Positions 8,736-18,427 of a DNA stretch of 33,126 nucleotides are shown here, piece after piece. Each line of letters begins with the position of its first letter. Within the stretch, counting starts at the first letter, position 1. Position numbers and translations under genes: made by a program. The stretch comes from Bifidobacterium breve (GTDB taxonomy: Bacteria > Actinomycetota > Actinomycetes > S36-B12), in assembly GCA_943328365.2 (NCBI GenBank), contig CALPZT020000001.1, forward strand, positions 1-33,126, in the 5' to 3' direction. The notes beneath the pieces were generated by a model. That model was given only the letters and a program-made list of their open reading frames with translations. It ran no database searches and was not told the origin of the DNA.

Positions 8736-8972
8736 TCAAAGGTTCAGGACCGGGCAGGTGAGGGTTCGGGTAATGCCGGGAACTGCCTGGATGCGCGCGA
8801 TGATGAACCGTCCGAGTTCGTCCATTGTGTTGGCCTCGGCCCGGACGATGACGTCGTAGGGCCCGGTGACGTCCTCGGCGAGCGTGACGCCGGCGATCTC
8901 CCGGATGGCCCGCACGACCGCCGGGGCCACGCCGACCTCGGTCTGAATGAGCACGTACGCCTGCACCATCAT
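8736..8972 (-). CDS. Stand-alone Lrp/AsnC ligand-binding (RAM) domain protein
   Basis: 78-aa ORF MMVQAYVLIQTEVG...DVIVRAEANTMDELGRFIIARIQAVPGITRTLT. It has the beta-alpha-beta-beta-alpha-beta RAM-domain pattern and no HTH domain. Confidence 0.7.
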   Translation of the reverse strand: MMVQAYVLIQTEVGVAPAVVRAIREIAGVTLAEDVTGPYDVIVRAEANTMDELGRFIIARIQAVPGITRTLTCPVLNL

Positions 8973-9043
8973 GCATTGACCTTCATGCTGCGAGACTAAC
9001 GATCCCCGCGAACGTCGGCGGCCGATGTGGTGAATGGAGCACG

Positions 9044-10060
9044 ATGACCGAATCGAGTCCGCTTGCTGATTCGTCCGGCGTGACGATCGGCGATACCGGC
9101 GAGTTCGCCCTGATCGGACGAATCACCGCGCATCTGCCCGATTCCGACGCGGTGCTCGTAGGGCCGGGGGACGATACGGCGCTCATCACTGCCGCGTCAG
9201 GGAGCGTTCTTGCCACGATCGACGTGCTCGTCGAGGGGACTCACTTTCGTCGGGACTGGTCCAGCGCCGCCGACATCGGGCACAAGGCGGCGGCTGCGAG
9301 CCTTGCCGATATCGCCGCCATGGGCGGGGTTGCGACCGCACTCCTCGTCGGGTTTGCCGCGCCTGCTGACCTTCCGCTCGACTGGGCTCTCGAGTGCGCC
9401 TCCGGGATCGCAGCGGAGGCCGCCGCGGTGGGAGCCTGCGTCGTCGGAGGCGATGTCGTCGGCTCACCGATCGTGACCTTGTCGGTGACAGCCCTCGGCG
9501 ACATGCAGGGCAGAGCCCCGGTCCTTCGCTCAGGTGCCCGGCCGGGTGATGTGGTCGCACTTGCGGGCCGGCTTGGCTTGTCTGCAGCCGGACTGGCGAT
9601 GCTTTCCCGCGGGGTGAGCGTCCCTTCGACGCTCGTCGATGCGCATCGAAGGCCGGAGCCGCCCTACTTGGCCGGACCGGTCGCTGCCGCCGCCGGAGCG
9701 ACGGCGATGATCGACGTAAGCGATGGGCTGGTCGCCGATGCTCGCCACCTGGCCGAGGCATCCGGGGTCTGCATCATCCTCGGTACCTCGGCTTGGGGCA
9801 TTTCCGAGCCCTTGACTGAGGCAGGCTTGGCGTTGGGCGTCGATCCGATGGAGTGGATGCTGACAGGGGGCGAGGACCACGGCCTGCTCGCGACATTCCC
9901 GGCAGATGTCGTCGTGCCGCCACCATTCGTGATCATCGGCTCGGTGGCGGACGTCGGATCGAGTGAATCAGGCGGCGAGTTCCCGGGAGTGATGGTCGAC
10001 GGTCAGAGGCGCGAGGGGCCAGGCGGTCATGTGCACTTCGGCGGGCTGATCAGGGGGTAG
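9044..10060 (+). CDS. thiL: Thiamine-monophosphate kinase
   Basis: The GEFALIGRI, GPGDDTALI, DVLVEGTHF and DIGHKAAAASLADIAAMGG blocks of the AIR-synthase-related ThiL family. Confidence 0.92.
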   Translation: MTESSPLADSSGVTIGDTGEFALIGRITAHLPDSDAVLVGPGDDTALITAASGSVLATIDVLVEGTHFRRDWSSAADIGHKAAAASLADIAAMGGVATALLVGFAAPADLPLDWALECASGIAAEAAAVGACVVGGDVVGSPIVTLSVTALGDMQGRAPVLRSGARPGDVVALAGRLGLSAAGLAMLSRGVSVPSTLVDAHRRPEPPYLAGPVAAAAGATAMIDVSDGLVADARHLAEASGVCIILGTSAWGISEPLTEAGLALGVDPMEWMLTGGEDHGLLATFPADVVVPPPFVIIGSVADVGSSESGGEFPGVMVDGQRREGPGGHVHFGGLIRG

Positions 10061-10538
10061 GCGGTCTCCGGGCAGGCCTGAGAAGCGTACGCCGGAGACG
10101 CTGCAGGAGGGTGAGCTTTCGGGCACCGATGCTTGAGCGGATGGATTCGAAGGTGGCCCTCGGAAGGGTCGCTCCCTCCCGTCGAACAGCGCGTGCATCA
10201 ACGGCGAGGAGACGATCCCTTCGCACCCAGCTCGGCCGGCGTTCGCCATCCCAGGCTCCTGCTCCGATGGGGAGCCAGCGCGGGTCACCGGAGTGGTCAC
10301 GGCTTGAGAGCATGAGGGCAGCGAGTCGCTTGCGATCAGCGAGGCCGATGACGACGACCGGACGGTCCTTGCCGACGGAGGGATCCTCTTCAAAGGCGAC
10401 CCACGCCCATACGATCTCGCCGGGATCGGGCCGACCGTTGCGCTTGGGACGGTACGCCCAGCGGACCCGACCGGCGTATGCCTGGGCGCCGCCGGTCGCA
10501 GGGGCATGAGAACCGGTCGAGCCTGACGTACTTTCCAC
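10050..10538 (-). CDS. PemK/MazF-fold (type II toxin-like) protein, solitary
   Basis: GTG start 22 nt downstream of rpmB. The core RPKRNGRPDPGEIVWAWVAFEEDPSVGKDRPVVVIG ... RPSWVRRDRLLAVDARAVRREGATL matches my memory of the actinobacterial family annotated as PemK/MazF toxin. I see no antitoxin-sized ORF beside it. Its 3' end overlaps thiL by 11 bp. Confidence 0.6.
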   Translation of the reverse strand: MESTSGSTGSHAPATGGAQAYAGRVRWAYRPKRNGRPDPGEIVWAWVAFEEDPSVGKDRPVVVIGLADRKRLAALMLSSRDHSGDPRWLPIGAGAWDGERRPSWVRRDRLLAVDARAVRREGATLPRATFESIRSSIGARKLTLLQRLRRTLLRPARRPPTP

Positions 10539-10560
10539 GACCGGGCGAGCAGTCGTCGCG

Positions 10561-10749
10561 CTAGTTGCGCACGACCTTGCCGGCCTTCAGGCACGAGGCG
10601 CACACGTTCTGACGCTTCGGGGTCTTGCCGACGAGCGTGCGAACCCGCTGAATGTTCGGGTTCCAGCGACGCTTCGTGCGTCGGTGCGAGTGAGAGATGC
10701 TGTGCCCGAAGCTTGGGCCCTTGCCGCAGACGTCGCAGTTGGCAGCCAC
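10561..10749 (-). CDS. rpmB: 50S ribosomal protein L28
   Basis: (V)[33 protein letters not shown] is the L28 signature. The start is reassigned from the track ATG (10764) to GTG 10749, which has AAGGAG 6 nt upstream. Confidence 0.93.
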   Translation of the reverse strand: MAANCDVCGKGPSFGHSISHSHRRTKRRWNPNIQRVRTLVGKTPKRQNVCASCLKAGKVVRN

Positions 10750-10803
10750 GGTGCACTCCTTCATGATTCATGATCGCGCCGGTCGGGCCTGATGCCCGAG
10801 CCG

Positions 10804-10831
10804 ACTTCTGGGAAAGAACTTCTGGGAAACG
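10804..10831. repeat. 14-bp x2 tandem repeat in the rpmB / DAK2 divergent spacer
   Basis: acttctgggaaaga (10804-10817) and acttctgggaaacg (10818-10831); the first 12 nt are identical. Confidence 0.85.
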
Positions 10832-10933
10832 ATCTGTCCGGAAACAATATGCTGCCTTCGTGCACGCAGCGGGCCTAGGTTAGCCGAGCGGGGTGCCCAC
10901 CCCCAAATCCAGGGGCCGATCGCAAGGAGAGCG

Positions 10934-12610
10934 ATGCATGCGAAGAGGCCGGTGCAGCCTGCGATGAGCGCAATTCAGTCATCCTTGGTCCACCCGGCCG
11001 CACTCGTGCGCGATTGGGCCCATGCGGCGCTCGCCGGCCTCGGCGAGGCGCGGGCCGAGATCGATGCGCTCAACGTGTTTCCGGTGCCGGACGGCGATAC
11101 GGGCACGAACGTCTACCTCACGATGGAGGCAGCGTGCGCCGGAATCGAGGAGGCCCTTGCAGTCGACGGCTCGGGACCGTCCGCGGCGATGGGGCTCGCA
11201 CGCGGCTCGCTGCTCGGTGCTCGCGGTAATTCCGGCGTCATCTTGTCCCAGATCCTCCGCGGCACCGCCGAGGTGCTCGCCGCGATTCCATCGGGACGAA
11301 GTATTCGGGGCACCGACATCGCGGCCATGCTCGAGCGAGGCTCAGAACTCGCGTACTCGGCAGTTGCTCGACCGGTCGAGGGGACGATCCTCACGGTCGC
11401 GCGAGCAGCCGCCCGTGCGGCGCGCGCGGCGAGCTCGCGATCAGCCTCTGATTCCCCTGCCGAGGCAGCCGGAGCGGCGAGCGACGGGGCAGCGGAGGCG
11501 CTCGAGCAGACCCCGACCCTCCTGGAGTCCTTGCGCGTTGCCGGCGTCGTCGACGCGGGGGGCCGCGCGCTCGTCGTCGTCCTCGATGCCCTTGTCGAGG
11601 TCGTCACGGGCTCGACGCGGGTGCCGACGGCCCGGCGGGCAGGGCCGCTGCTCCCGACCAGGCCGACCGGCTATCTGCCCGCGAGACTGCTGATAGGGGC
11701 TCCGTCAGACGGCCCGGCTTTCGAGGTCATGTACCTCCTCGACGCCGACGAGGCGGCGGTTGGCCGACTGCGGGAGGAACTTGAGCAGCTTGGCGACAGC
11801 CTCGTCGTGAGCGGATCCGCGCCGCTGTGGAATGTCCATGTGCACGTCGACGACCCCGGAGCCGCGGTGGAGGCAGGCATCGAGGCCGGGCGTCCGCATC
11901 GGATTCGCATCACGGCACTTGATCGTGAGGCAGTCGGGCAGGACCAGCCGAAGCGAGCCATTGTCGCCGTGACACATGGCCCGGGCACGGCCGAGCTGCT
12001 GCGCGGCGCCGGTGTCATCACGGTTCCAGCCCTCCCGAACACCCGTCCGTCGACTGCGGAGCTGCTGTCGGCTGTCCTCGCATCCGATGCAGGCGAGGTC
12101 ATCCTCCTGCCCAGCGACGGCGATACCCGCGCCGTTGCCGGCGTCGTCGCTGCCGAGGCCAGGGCCAGTGGCGTGCGCGTATCGGTCATCCCGACCAGGG
12201 CGATCGTCCAGAGCCTCGCAGCGGCTGCCGTCCATGACCCCTCGGCCGCGTTCGAGGAGGATGTCGTCGCCATGACCCGGGCGGCAGGCGCAACCCGCTA
12301 TGCCGCGGTCACCGTGGCCACTCGTGATGTGCTCACCACCGCGGGTCCATGCCGGGTTGGTGACATCCTCGGCCTCGTCGACGGCGACATCAGCGCCGTT
12401 GGAGAGGACTCTGCGCTCGTCGCGCGTGAGCTGCTCAACGCGATGCTTGCCGCGGGCGGCGAGCTCGTGACTCTTGTCTTTGGCCGCGACATCGATTCAT
12501 CCTTCGGCGACGAGCTCACTGGGTGGCTTGCGACGGTGCATCCGATGGTCGAAGTCGTTGCCTATGACGGTGGTCAGCCGCTCTGGCCCGTCATCATCGG
12601 GGTCGAATGA
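10934..12610 (+). CDS. DAK2 domain-containing protein (YloV-like DAK2 fusion protein)
   Basis: NVFPVPDGDTGTN and GARGNSGVILSQ motifs of the Dak phosphatase domain. AAGGAG lies upstream of ATG 10934. ATGA overlap with recG. Confidence 0.88.
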   Translation: MHAKRPVQPAMSAIQSSLVHPAALVRDWAHAALAGLGEARAEIDALNVFPVPDGDTGTNVYLTMEAACAGIEEALAVDGSGPSAAMGLARGSLLGARGNSGVILSQILRGTAEVLAAIPSGRSIRGTDIAAMLERGSELAYSAVARPVEGTILTVARAAARAARAASSRSASDSPAEAAGAASDGAAEALEQTPTLLESLRVAGVVDAGGRALVVVLDALVEVVTGSTRVPTARRAGPLLPTRPTGYLPARLLIGAPSDGPAFEVMYLLDADEAAVGRLREELEQLGDSLVVSGSAPLWNVHVHVDDPGAAVEAGIEAGRPHRIRITALDREAVGQDQPKRAIVAVTHGPGTAELLRGAGVITVPALPNTRPSTAELLSAVLASDAGEVILLPSDGDTRAVAGVVAAEARASGVRVSVIPTRAIVQSLAAAAVHDPSAAFEEDVVAMTRAAGATRYAAVTVATRDVLTTAGPCRVGDILGLVDGDISAVGEDSALVARELLNAMLAAGGELVTLVFGRDIDSSFGDELTGWLATVHPMVEVVAYDGGQPLWPVIIGVE

Positions 12611-14802
12611 CCGAGCGAGGACTGGCCGAATCCCTTTCCTCGGTCGTGGGAGGCAAGACCGCCAAGGCGCTTGAGAAGGCCTTCGGCATGACCACCGTCG
12701 ACGACCTCCTGCGCCACTACCCGCGCCGCTACGCCGAGCGAGGCACCCTCACCGAGCTCTCGACCCTTGAAGAGGGCTCGTCCGTCACGGTCCTCGCCGA
12801 CATCGAGCAGGTGACGGTTCGTCAGATGCAGCAGCGCCGCGGAACCATCCTCGAGGCGGTCGTGACCGATGGGCGAGGTCAGCTCTCGCTCACCTTCTTC
12901 AACCAGAAATGGCGTGAGCGCGAACTTCGCCCAGGCAGGCGCGGGCTCTTCGCCGGCCAGATCTCCAGCTTCCGCGGCAAGCGGCAGCTCGCCCACCCGC
13001 AATGCCTCCTCCTGCCAGACGGAGTCGACGACGATCCGGAGGCGATCGCCGCCTTCGCGGGCGCACTCATCCCCGTGTACCCCGCCACCTCTACCGTCAC
13101 CTCATGGCAGATCGCCGGTGCCATCCGTGTCGTCCTCGACACGCTGGGCGAACTCCCTGATCCGATTCCCGAGCGAGTGAGGCAGGCGGAGGGAATCATC
13201 GGCCTCTCGCAGGCACTTCGACAGGTGCACCGACCCGCGAGCGACATCGAGATGGCGCAGGCGCATGCTCGCCTGCGATTCGAGGAGGCGTTCGTCCTGC
13301 AGGTCGTGCTCGCCCAACGACAGGCAGCGATGGCCCTGCTCCCCGCGACCGCCAGGGTCATCGGTGGCGGTCCGCTTCAGCAGTCCTTTGACGAGCGCCT
13401 GCCGTTCACCCTCACCAGCGGACAACTCGAGGTCGGCCAGCAGATCGCCGACGACCTTGCATCGAGTCATCCGATGCACCGGCTCGTCCAGGGTGATGTC
13501 GGGAGCGGGAAGACGATCGTGGCCCTCAGGGCGATGCTCGGCGTGGTCGACGCCGGTGGTCAGGCAGCGCTGCTCGCGCCGACGGAGGTGCTCGCGGTGC
13601 AGCACCACCGGTCGATCACCGCGATGCTCGGGCCGCTGGCCGAGGCCGGAATGCTCGGCGGCGATGCCAGCGCGACGAAGGTGGCGCTCCTCACCGGCTC
13701 CCAGCGCACCGCGACCCGGCGCCGAGAGCTACTTGACGTGATCTCCGGGGATGCAGGCATCGTCGTGGGCACGCACGCCCTGCTGCAGGACACCGTCGAG
13801 TTCCGTGACCTCGGCCTCGTCGTCATCGACGAGCAGCATCGATTCGGCGTCGAGCAGCGGGCTGCCCTCGCGGCAAAGGCACGCGGTGGCATGCGGCCCC
13901 ACGTGCTCGTCATGACGGCAACTCCCATCCCTCGTACCGTCGCCATGACCGTGTTCGGCGACCTGGATATCTCCACCCTGAGCGAGCTTCCTGCTGGCCG
14001 CACGCCCATCGCTACCCATGTTGTCCCGGCACGGGAGCAACCGGCCTTGGTCGAGCGAGCCTGGGCGCGAGTGCGCGAGGAGGTGCAGGCCGGTCACCGG
14101 GTCTTCGTCGTGTGCCCGAGGATCGGGGAGGACGCAGATGGGGGCGGTGAGGCCGACGCGGATGCCGCCGACGAGTCCCCAATCGCATCGGTCATCGAAG
14201 TCGCCGAGCAGTTGTCGTCGGGCGCCCTTGCAGGCTTGAGCATCGGAGTGCTGCACGGCCGGATGTCCGGCGAGGAGAAGGACGATGCGATGCGCCGCTT
14301 CGCCCATGAGACCGGCAGCGACCGGATCGAGGTCCTTGTTGCGACGACCGTGATCGAGGTGGGTGTCGACGTCCAGACTGCCACGGCCATGATCATCATT
14401 GATGCTGACCGATTCGGGATCTCGCAGCTGCATCAACTGCGCGGCCGGGTCGGACGAGGGAGCCTTCCGAGCCTGTGCCTGCTCTTCACCGACATGCCCA
14501 AGGGAAGTCCCGCCCGCGAGCGTCTCGACGCTGTGGCGGCAACGACCGATGGCTTTGAGCTTGCCCAACTCGATCTCCAGATGCGCCGCGAGGGCGACGT
14601 CCTTGGGTCAACCCAGTCTGGTCAGCGCAGCTCCCTGCGACTCCTCGAAGTCGTACGCGATGAGGAGGTGATCGTGCGCGCACGCGCCGCAGCGCTCGAT
14701 ATCGTGGGCCAAGATTCGTCCCTCGCAGCACACCCGGCGCTCCTGCGCGCGATCGAGGCTCTCGTCCCGCGTGAACAGGCTGACTTCTTGGAGAAGGCGT
14801 GA
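12607..14802 (+). CDS. recG: ATP-dependent DNA helicase RecG
   Basis: 731 aa. Walker A GDVGSGKT, DEQH box (VIDEQHRFG) and the helicase C-terminal motif QLHQLRGRVGRG. Confidence 0.95.
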   Translation: MTERGLAESLSSVVGGKTAKALEKAFGMTTVDDLLRHYPRRYAERGTLTELSTLEEGSSVTVLADIEQVTVRQMQQRRGTILEAVVTDGRGQLSLTFFNQKWRERELRPGRRGLFAGQISSFRGKRQLAHPQCLLLPDGVDDDPEAIAAFAGALIPVYPATSTVTSWQIAGAIRVVLDTLGELPDPIPERVRQAEGIIGLSQALRQVHRPASDIEMAQAHARLRFEEAFVLQVVLAQRQAAMALLPATARVIGGGPLQQSFDERLPFTLTSGQLEVGQQIADDLASSHPMHRLVQGDVGSGKTIVALRAMLGVVDAGGQAALLAPTEVLAVQHHRSITAMLGPLAEAGMLGGDASATKVALLTGSQRTATRRRELLDVISGDAGIVVGTHALLQDTVEFRDLGLVVIDEQHRFGVEQRAALAAKARGGMRPHVLVMTATPIPRTVAMTVFGDLDISTLSELPAGRTPIATHVVPAREQPALVERAWARVREEVQAGHRVFVVCPRIGEDADGGGEADADAADESPIASVIEVAEQLSSGALAGLSIGVLHGRMSGEEKDDAMRRFAHETGSDRIEVLVATTVIEVGVDVQTATAMIIIDADRFGISQLHQLRGRVGRGSLPSLCLLFTDMPKGSPARERLDAVAATTDGFELAQLDLQMRREGDVLGSTQSGQRSSLRLLEVVRDEEVIVRARAAALDIVGQDSSLAAHPALLRAIEALVPREQADFLEKA

Positions 14803-15410
14803 CGCGAATCATCGCCGGATCCGCGAGAGGCCGACGGCTCGAGGTCCCGGCGAAAGGGACGCGGCCAACGTCCGATCGGGTAAGGGAGGCCATGTTCTCG
14901 ACCCTGTCGTCTCTCCTCGCCGAGCAGGGGACGCCGTGGGGAGAGATCGGAGCGCTCGACGGATACGCAGGCTCCGGAGCCCTGGGGCTTGAGTGCTTGA
15001 GCAGGGGAGCCGCCTCGGTGGTTCTCGTCGAGCGCCATCCGGCAGCCGCCGACGTGATCAGGCGCAACATCAGGGCAGTCGGAATCGCCGGCGCTCGGCT
15101 CGTGTGCTCAGCGCTTCGCGCCGCCGCTGAACGGCAAAACCCCGGTGCACCGTGCTCCCTGGTGCTCCTTGATCCTCCGTACGAGCTGACGGCGATAACG
15201 ATCGCCGAGGAGCTCGCCCTGCTCGACGCAGGGGGTTGGATCGATCGTGCGGCCATCGCTGTCGTTGAGCGGCCACGCGCCGACGAAGCGTCGCCATTTC
15301 CGCCCGGATGGTCTCGGGTGCGGCATCGTGCCTATGGTGACACCGTGCTTTGGTACGGTCATCGCACTTCGGCCCCGGAGGCCGTCGACTCGGATCCTGG
15401 AGGGCAGTGA
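14799..15410 (+). CDS. rsmD: 16S rRNA (guanine966-N2)-methyltransferase
   Basis: RIIAGSARGRRLEVPAKGTRPTSDRVREAMFS at the N-terminus and the LDPPY catalytic motif. GTGA overlap with the recG stop. Confidence 0.9.
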   Translation: MTRIIAGSARGRRLEVPAKGTRPTSDRVREAMFSTLSSLLAEQGTPWGEIGALDGYAGSGALGLECLSRGAASVVLVERHPAAADVIRRNIRAVGIAGARLVCSALRAAAERQNPGAPCSLVLLDPPYELTAITIAEELALLDAGGWIDRAAIAVVERPRADEASPFPPGWSRVRHRAYGDTVLWYGHRTSAPEAVDSDPGGQ

Positions 15411-15943
15411 TGCGCATTGCGGTGTGCCCGGGATCATTCGACCCGGTAACGAACGGTCACCTTGACGTCTTCGCGCGTGCCGCAGACCTGGCCGACGAGG
15501 TTGTGGTGGCGGTTTTGCACAACAAGTCGAAGTCCAGCCTGTTCACCGTCGACGAGCGAATCGAGATCCTGCGCGAGGTGGTGGCTCCCCTCGGCAATAT
15601 TCGCATCGATTCATTTCACGGACTTCTCGTCGACTACTGCCGCACCAACGGCATCAAGGCGATCGTCAAGGGGCTGCGCGCGGTCAGCGATTTCGACTAC
15701 GAGTTCCAAATGGCGCAGATGAACTACCGGCTCGCCGGCGTAGAAACGCTGTTCGTCTCCACGAATCCGCTCTACAGCTACCTTTCGTCGAGCCTGGTCA
15801 AGGAAGTCGCGACCTATGGGGGCGATGTCCACGGACTCGTGCCCGAGGCCGTGTTGGATCGACTGCAGCGCCGGATCTCCGACACAATGGGCGAGGCAGG
15901 CACAATGGGCGAGCGAGGCACAATGGGTCCGGCAGGGCGCTGA
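15410..15943 (+). CDS. coaD: Phosphopantetheine adenylyltransferase with a repeat-derived C-terminal extension
   Basis: MRIAVCPGSFDPVTNGHLDV (HxGH-type nucleotidyltransferase motif). The start is reassigned to ATG 15410, a TGATG one-base overlap with the rsmD stop. The track ORF start at 15350 lies inside rsmD. Confidence 0.92.
   Translation: MRIAVCPGSFDPVTNGHLDVFARAADLADEVVVAVLHNKSKSSLFTVDERIEILREVVAPLGNIRIDSFHGLLVDYCRTNGIKAIVKGLRAVSDFDYEFQMAQMNYRLAGVETLFVSTNPLYSYLSSSLVKEVATYGGDVHGLVPEAVLDRLQRRISDTMGEAGTMGERGTMGPAGR
15884..15937. repeat. 18-bp x3 in-frame tandem repeat at the coaD 3' end
   Basis: acaatgggcgaggcaggc, acaatgggcgagcgaggc and acaatgggtccggcaggg encode TMGEAG-TMGERG-TMGPAG immediately before the stop. 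Confidence 0.93.
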
Positions 15944-15963
15944 ACCGGCCTGCGGAGCCCCAT

Positions 15964-16500
15964 GTGCTATCGGGATATCGAGGAGATCACCGAGTGGACG
16001 TGCAAGAGAGATTGACGGAGCTCGCCGTCCTCATCGAGGACGCCAAGTCGATGCCCCTGTCAGCCTCGTGCATCGTGAACCGGCCACTTGTCCTCGACCT
16101 CATCGACGAGATCCGGACCATGCTGCCGGAGGCGGTCCATCGTGCCGACGCCCTCCTCGCCGACCGTGAGGAGGTCGTGCTCGAGGGCCGCCGCGAGGCG
16201 AACCGAATCATCGACCGGGCGAGGTCGGAGGCTGACCGTCTCACCTCTGAGCACGAGGTCTACCTCGCAGCGGTCGCAGAGGCCCAGGCCCTTCGCAGCC
16301 AATCGGCGCTCGAGAGTGAGCGACAGCGTCGCGAGACCGACGACTACATCGATGCCAAGCTCGCCACCTTCGAGATCACCCTGCAAAAGAGCCTGCAGAT
16401 CGTCGACCGGGCGCGTGACCGGCTCCGGGGGCAGATCTACCAGGACCTTGCGCCTGAGCCCCTCACCTACGTCGACGAGCTCTACGACGAGGGCCGCTGA
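15964..16500 (+). CDS. Coiled-coil protein resembling mycobacterial SepIVA (Rv2927c family; often annotated as ATP synthase subunit b-like or DivIVA-related)
   Basis: LTELAVLIEDAKSMPLSASCIVNRPLVLDLIDEIRTMLPE followed by a long charged helical region. It also occupies the position just upstream of yceD, as recalled for Rv2927c. The start is ambiguous (GTG at 15964, 15994 or 16000). Confidence 0.6.
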   Translation: MLSGYRGDHRVDVQERLTELAVLIEDAKSMPLSASCIVNRPLVLDLIDEIRTMLPEAVHRADALLADREEVVLEGRREANRIIDRARSEADRLTSEHEVYLAAVAEAQALRSQSALESERQRRETDDYIDAKLATFEITLQKSLQIVDRARDRLRGQIYQDLAPEPLTYVDELYDEGR

Positions 16501-16624
16501 AGCTCGCGATTCATCAGGGCCCCGTGGGGGTTCGTTTTCGTCCGTGGCGGCCACCGCGCTACTGTGTGCCCATACAGCCTCTCGCGGGGCCACAGTTGCC
16601 CATGCCTCATCCGTAAGGGGAGCA

Positions 16625-17197
16625 GTGAACAGCCTCGACCCGACCAGCCCGCTTGTCCTTGACCTGCGTGCGCTGGGCCTGCAGCAGCGGGCAGGGTCGA
16701 TGGTCACTGTCGACCGAACGGTGCAAGCGCCGGGCAGCATGGGCGTCGCATTGGCCAATGTGCCCGAAGGGTCTCCCGTCGACCTTGAACTTCGACTGGA
16801 GTCCGTCATGGACGGCGTACTGGTCTCCGGGACTGCGGATGTCCATGTCGATGCGGAATGCGCGCGTTGCCTGGAGCCGCTCGACTGGGAAGAGGCGGTG
16901 GATTTCAGCGAGTTGTTCGTCTACTCGGCCGCGGAGCTCCGTGGTGCGACGGGCGAGAATCTCGATGATGAGGAAGATCCGTTGCCGAGGATCTGGGAAG
17001 ATTGCATCGACCTAGAGCCGACGCTTCGCGACGCGGTGGTGCTCGGCTTGCCCTTGTCCCCGGTGTGTCGCGAGGATTGCGCGGGCCTGTGCTCCGTTTG
17101 CGGGGTTCGGCTCGAAAGCGCTCCCGGACACGCACACGATTTGACCGATCCACGATGGGCGGCACTCGCCGGCCTCGTGGAGCCAGATGAGCAGTAG
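16625..17197 (+). CDS. yceD: YceD-family (DUF177) protein
   Basis: This is the C-terminal 190 aa of the 369-aa track ORF. AAGGGGAG lies upstream of GTG 16625. The paired Cys motifs CARCLEP and CREDCAGLCSVCG, and the position directly before rpmF, are typical of DUF177. Confidence 0.85.
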   Translation: MNSLDPTSPLVLDLRALGLQQRAGSMVTVDRTVQAPGSMGVALANVPEGSPVDLELRLESVMDGVLVSGTADVHVDAECARCLEPLDWEEAVDFSELFVYSAAELRGATGENLDDEEDPLPRIWEDCIDLEPTLRDAVVLGLPLSPVCREDCAGLCSVCGVRLESAPGHAHDLTDPRWAALAGLVEPDEQ

Positions 17198-17215
17198 CGA
17201 AGAAGAGGAAGCACC

Positions 17216-17389
17216 GTGCCTGTACCGAAGCGGAAGATGTCTCGCTCCAACACCCGGAGCCGTCGCGCGCAGTGGAAGACCACCCTGCCGAACCTCGTCA
17301 CATGCGCAACCTGCCGTGAGAAGCGACTCTCGCATACGGCGTGCCCCACCTGCGGCACGTACGCCAAGCGCCGCGTCCTCGACGTCTAG
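17216..17389 (+). CDS. rpmF: 50S ribosomal protein L32
   Basis: Not in the ORF track because it is only 57 aa. Hand translation from GTG 17216 gives (M)[56 protein letters not shown], ending at TAG 17387-17389. GAGGAAG SD lies upstream. Confidence 0.92.
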   Translation: MPVPKRKMSRSNTRSRRAQWKTTLPNLVTCATCREKRLSHTACPTCGTYAKRRVLDV

Positions 17390-17395
17390 CCCGTC

Positions 17396-18427
17396 GTGGC
17401 TCGAGTCGCCCTAGACCTGCTGGGCGGCGACGGAGCCCCCGAGGTCGTGGCCGATGCCGCCGTCACCCTCCTTTCGGAGGACGTCGACATCGACCTCGTC
17501 CTCGGGGGCCCACCCGAACTAGCCGCCGAGCTAGTCACCGAGCGGGGTCTTGATCCCGTGAATGTGACCGTTCTTCCCGCATTCGACGTCGTCCCGATGC
17601 ACGCACACCCGCTCGAGGCGCTACGTCAGGATGTGGCACGAGAAGTTCCGCGGATAAGCGTCATGGTCGCCGCACTCGCGGTGAGTTCCGGTGCCGTCGA
17701 TGCATGGGTGTCGGTCGGACACACCGGGGCTTCGGTGACCGCTGCGGTCCTTGCGTGCGGCAAGGTTCCCGGCATGGCGCGTCCGGCACTTGCAGTTGTC
17801 CTCCCGGCGATCGAGGGACCAGTCGTCCTCGTCGATGCCGGAGCCTTCCTTGACGCGTCGCCCGAGATCCTGGTGTCTCACGCGATCGCGGGCTGGAGTT
17901 ACGCGCGGACCCTCGGTGTCGAGGCGCCGCGTGTCGGCCTGCTGAATATCGGCCACGAGCCCGGCAAGGGGGATGACCTGCGATCCCTCGCCTTTGGCGA
18001 ACTGTCGACTCGGCTGCCGGCTCTCGGCATCGATTTCGTCGGCAATATCGAGGGCAGTGACGTGGCTGATGGCCTTCGCGCCCAGGTGGTCGTCACCGAC
18101 GGCTTCACCGGCAATGTCCTGCTCAAGGGAATCGAGGGAACAGTGGCGTGGGCCGCGCAGCGCATCGGGGGCGCCTATGGCGACCTGGGCCCGGCCCGGG
18201 CAGTCGTCCGCGAGGTGGCCACTGGCGACTTCGCCGGAGGGATGCTGCTCGGGGTGAACGGGGTCACGGTCGTGGGCCACGGTTCCGGAACGGCACATGA
18301 AGTCCGTGCCTGCGTGCGACTGGCATCCCGCGCGGCTGACCGCGGCATCATCCACGCCACACAGAACCTGTTCGCTTCCCTCATTGCGGACGGACGCTCA
18401 CCCATGACGACCGGAGTGAGCCCATGA
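17396..18427 (+). CDS. plsX: Phosphate acyltransferase PlsX
   Basis: [12 protein letters not shown] at the N-terminus, a GNIEG block and FTGNVLLK. It sits in the conserved rpmF-plsX position. The last 9 codons lie in the 18401-18449 repeat. Confidence 0.92.
   Translation: MARVALDLLGGDGAPEVVADAAVTLLSEDVDIDLVLGGPPELAAELVTERGLDPVNVTVLPAFDVVPMHAHPLEALRQDVAREVPRISVMVAALAVSSGAVDAWVSVGHTGASVTAAVLACGKVPGMARPALAVVLPAIEGPVVLVDAGAFLDASPEILVSHAIAGWSYARTLGVEAPRVGLLNIGHEPGKGDDLRSLAFGELSTRLPALGIDFVGNIEGSDVADGLRAQVVVTDGFTGNVLLKGIEGTVAWAAQRIGGAYGDLGPARAVVREVATGDFAGGMLLGVNGVTVVGHGSGTAHEVRACVRLASRAADRGIIHATQNLFASLIADGRSPMTTGVSP

Noticed and set aside
16517-16540. Possible intrinsic terminator (gggcccc-gtg-ggggtt followed by cgttttcg) after the SepIVA-like gene
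   Set aside because: The stem is only 4-6 bp including wobble pairs, and the T-tract is interrupted. That is too weak to call, though a transcription break before yceD-rpmF-plsX would be plausible.
16088-16624. N-terminal 179 codons of the 369-aa ORF that ends as yceD
   Set aside because: This part overlaps the SepIVA-like gene in another frame and is Ser/Arg/Thr-rich junk. Homology to DUF177 begins only after GTG 16625, which has a strong SD.
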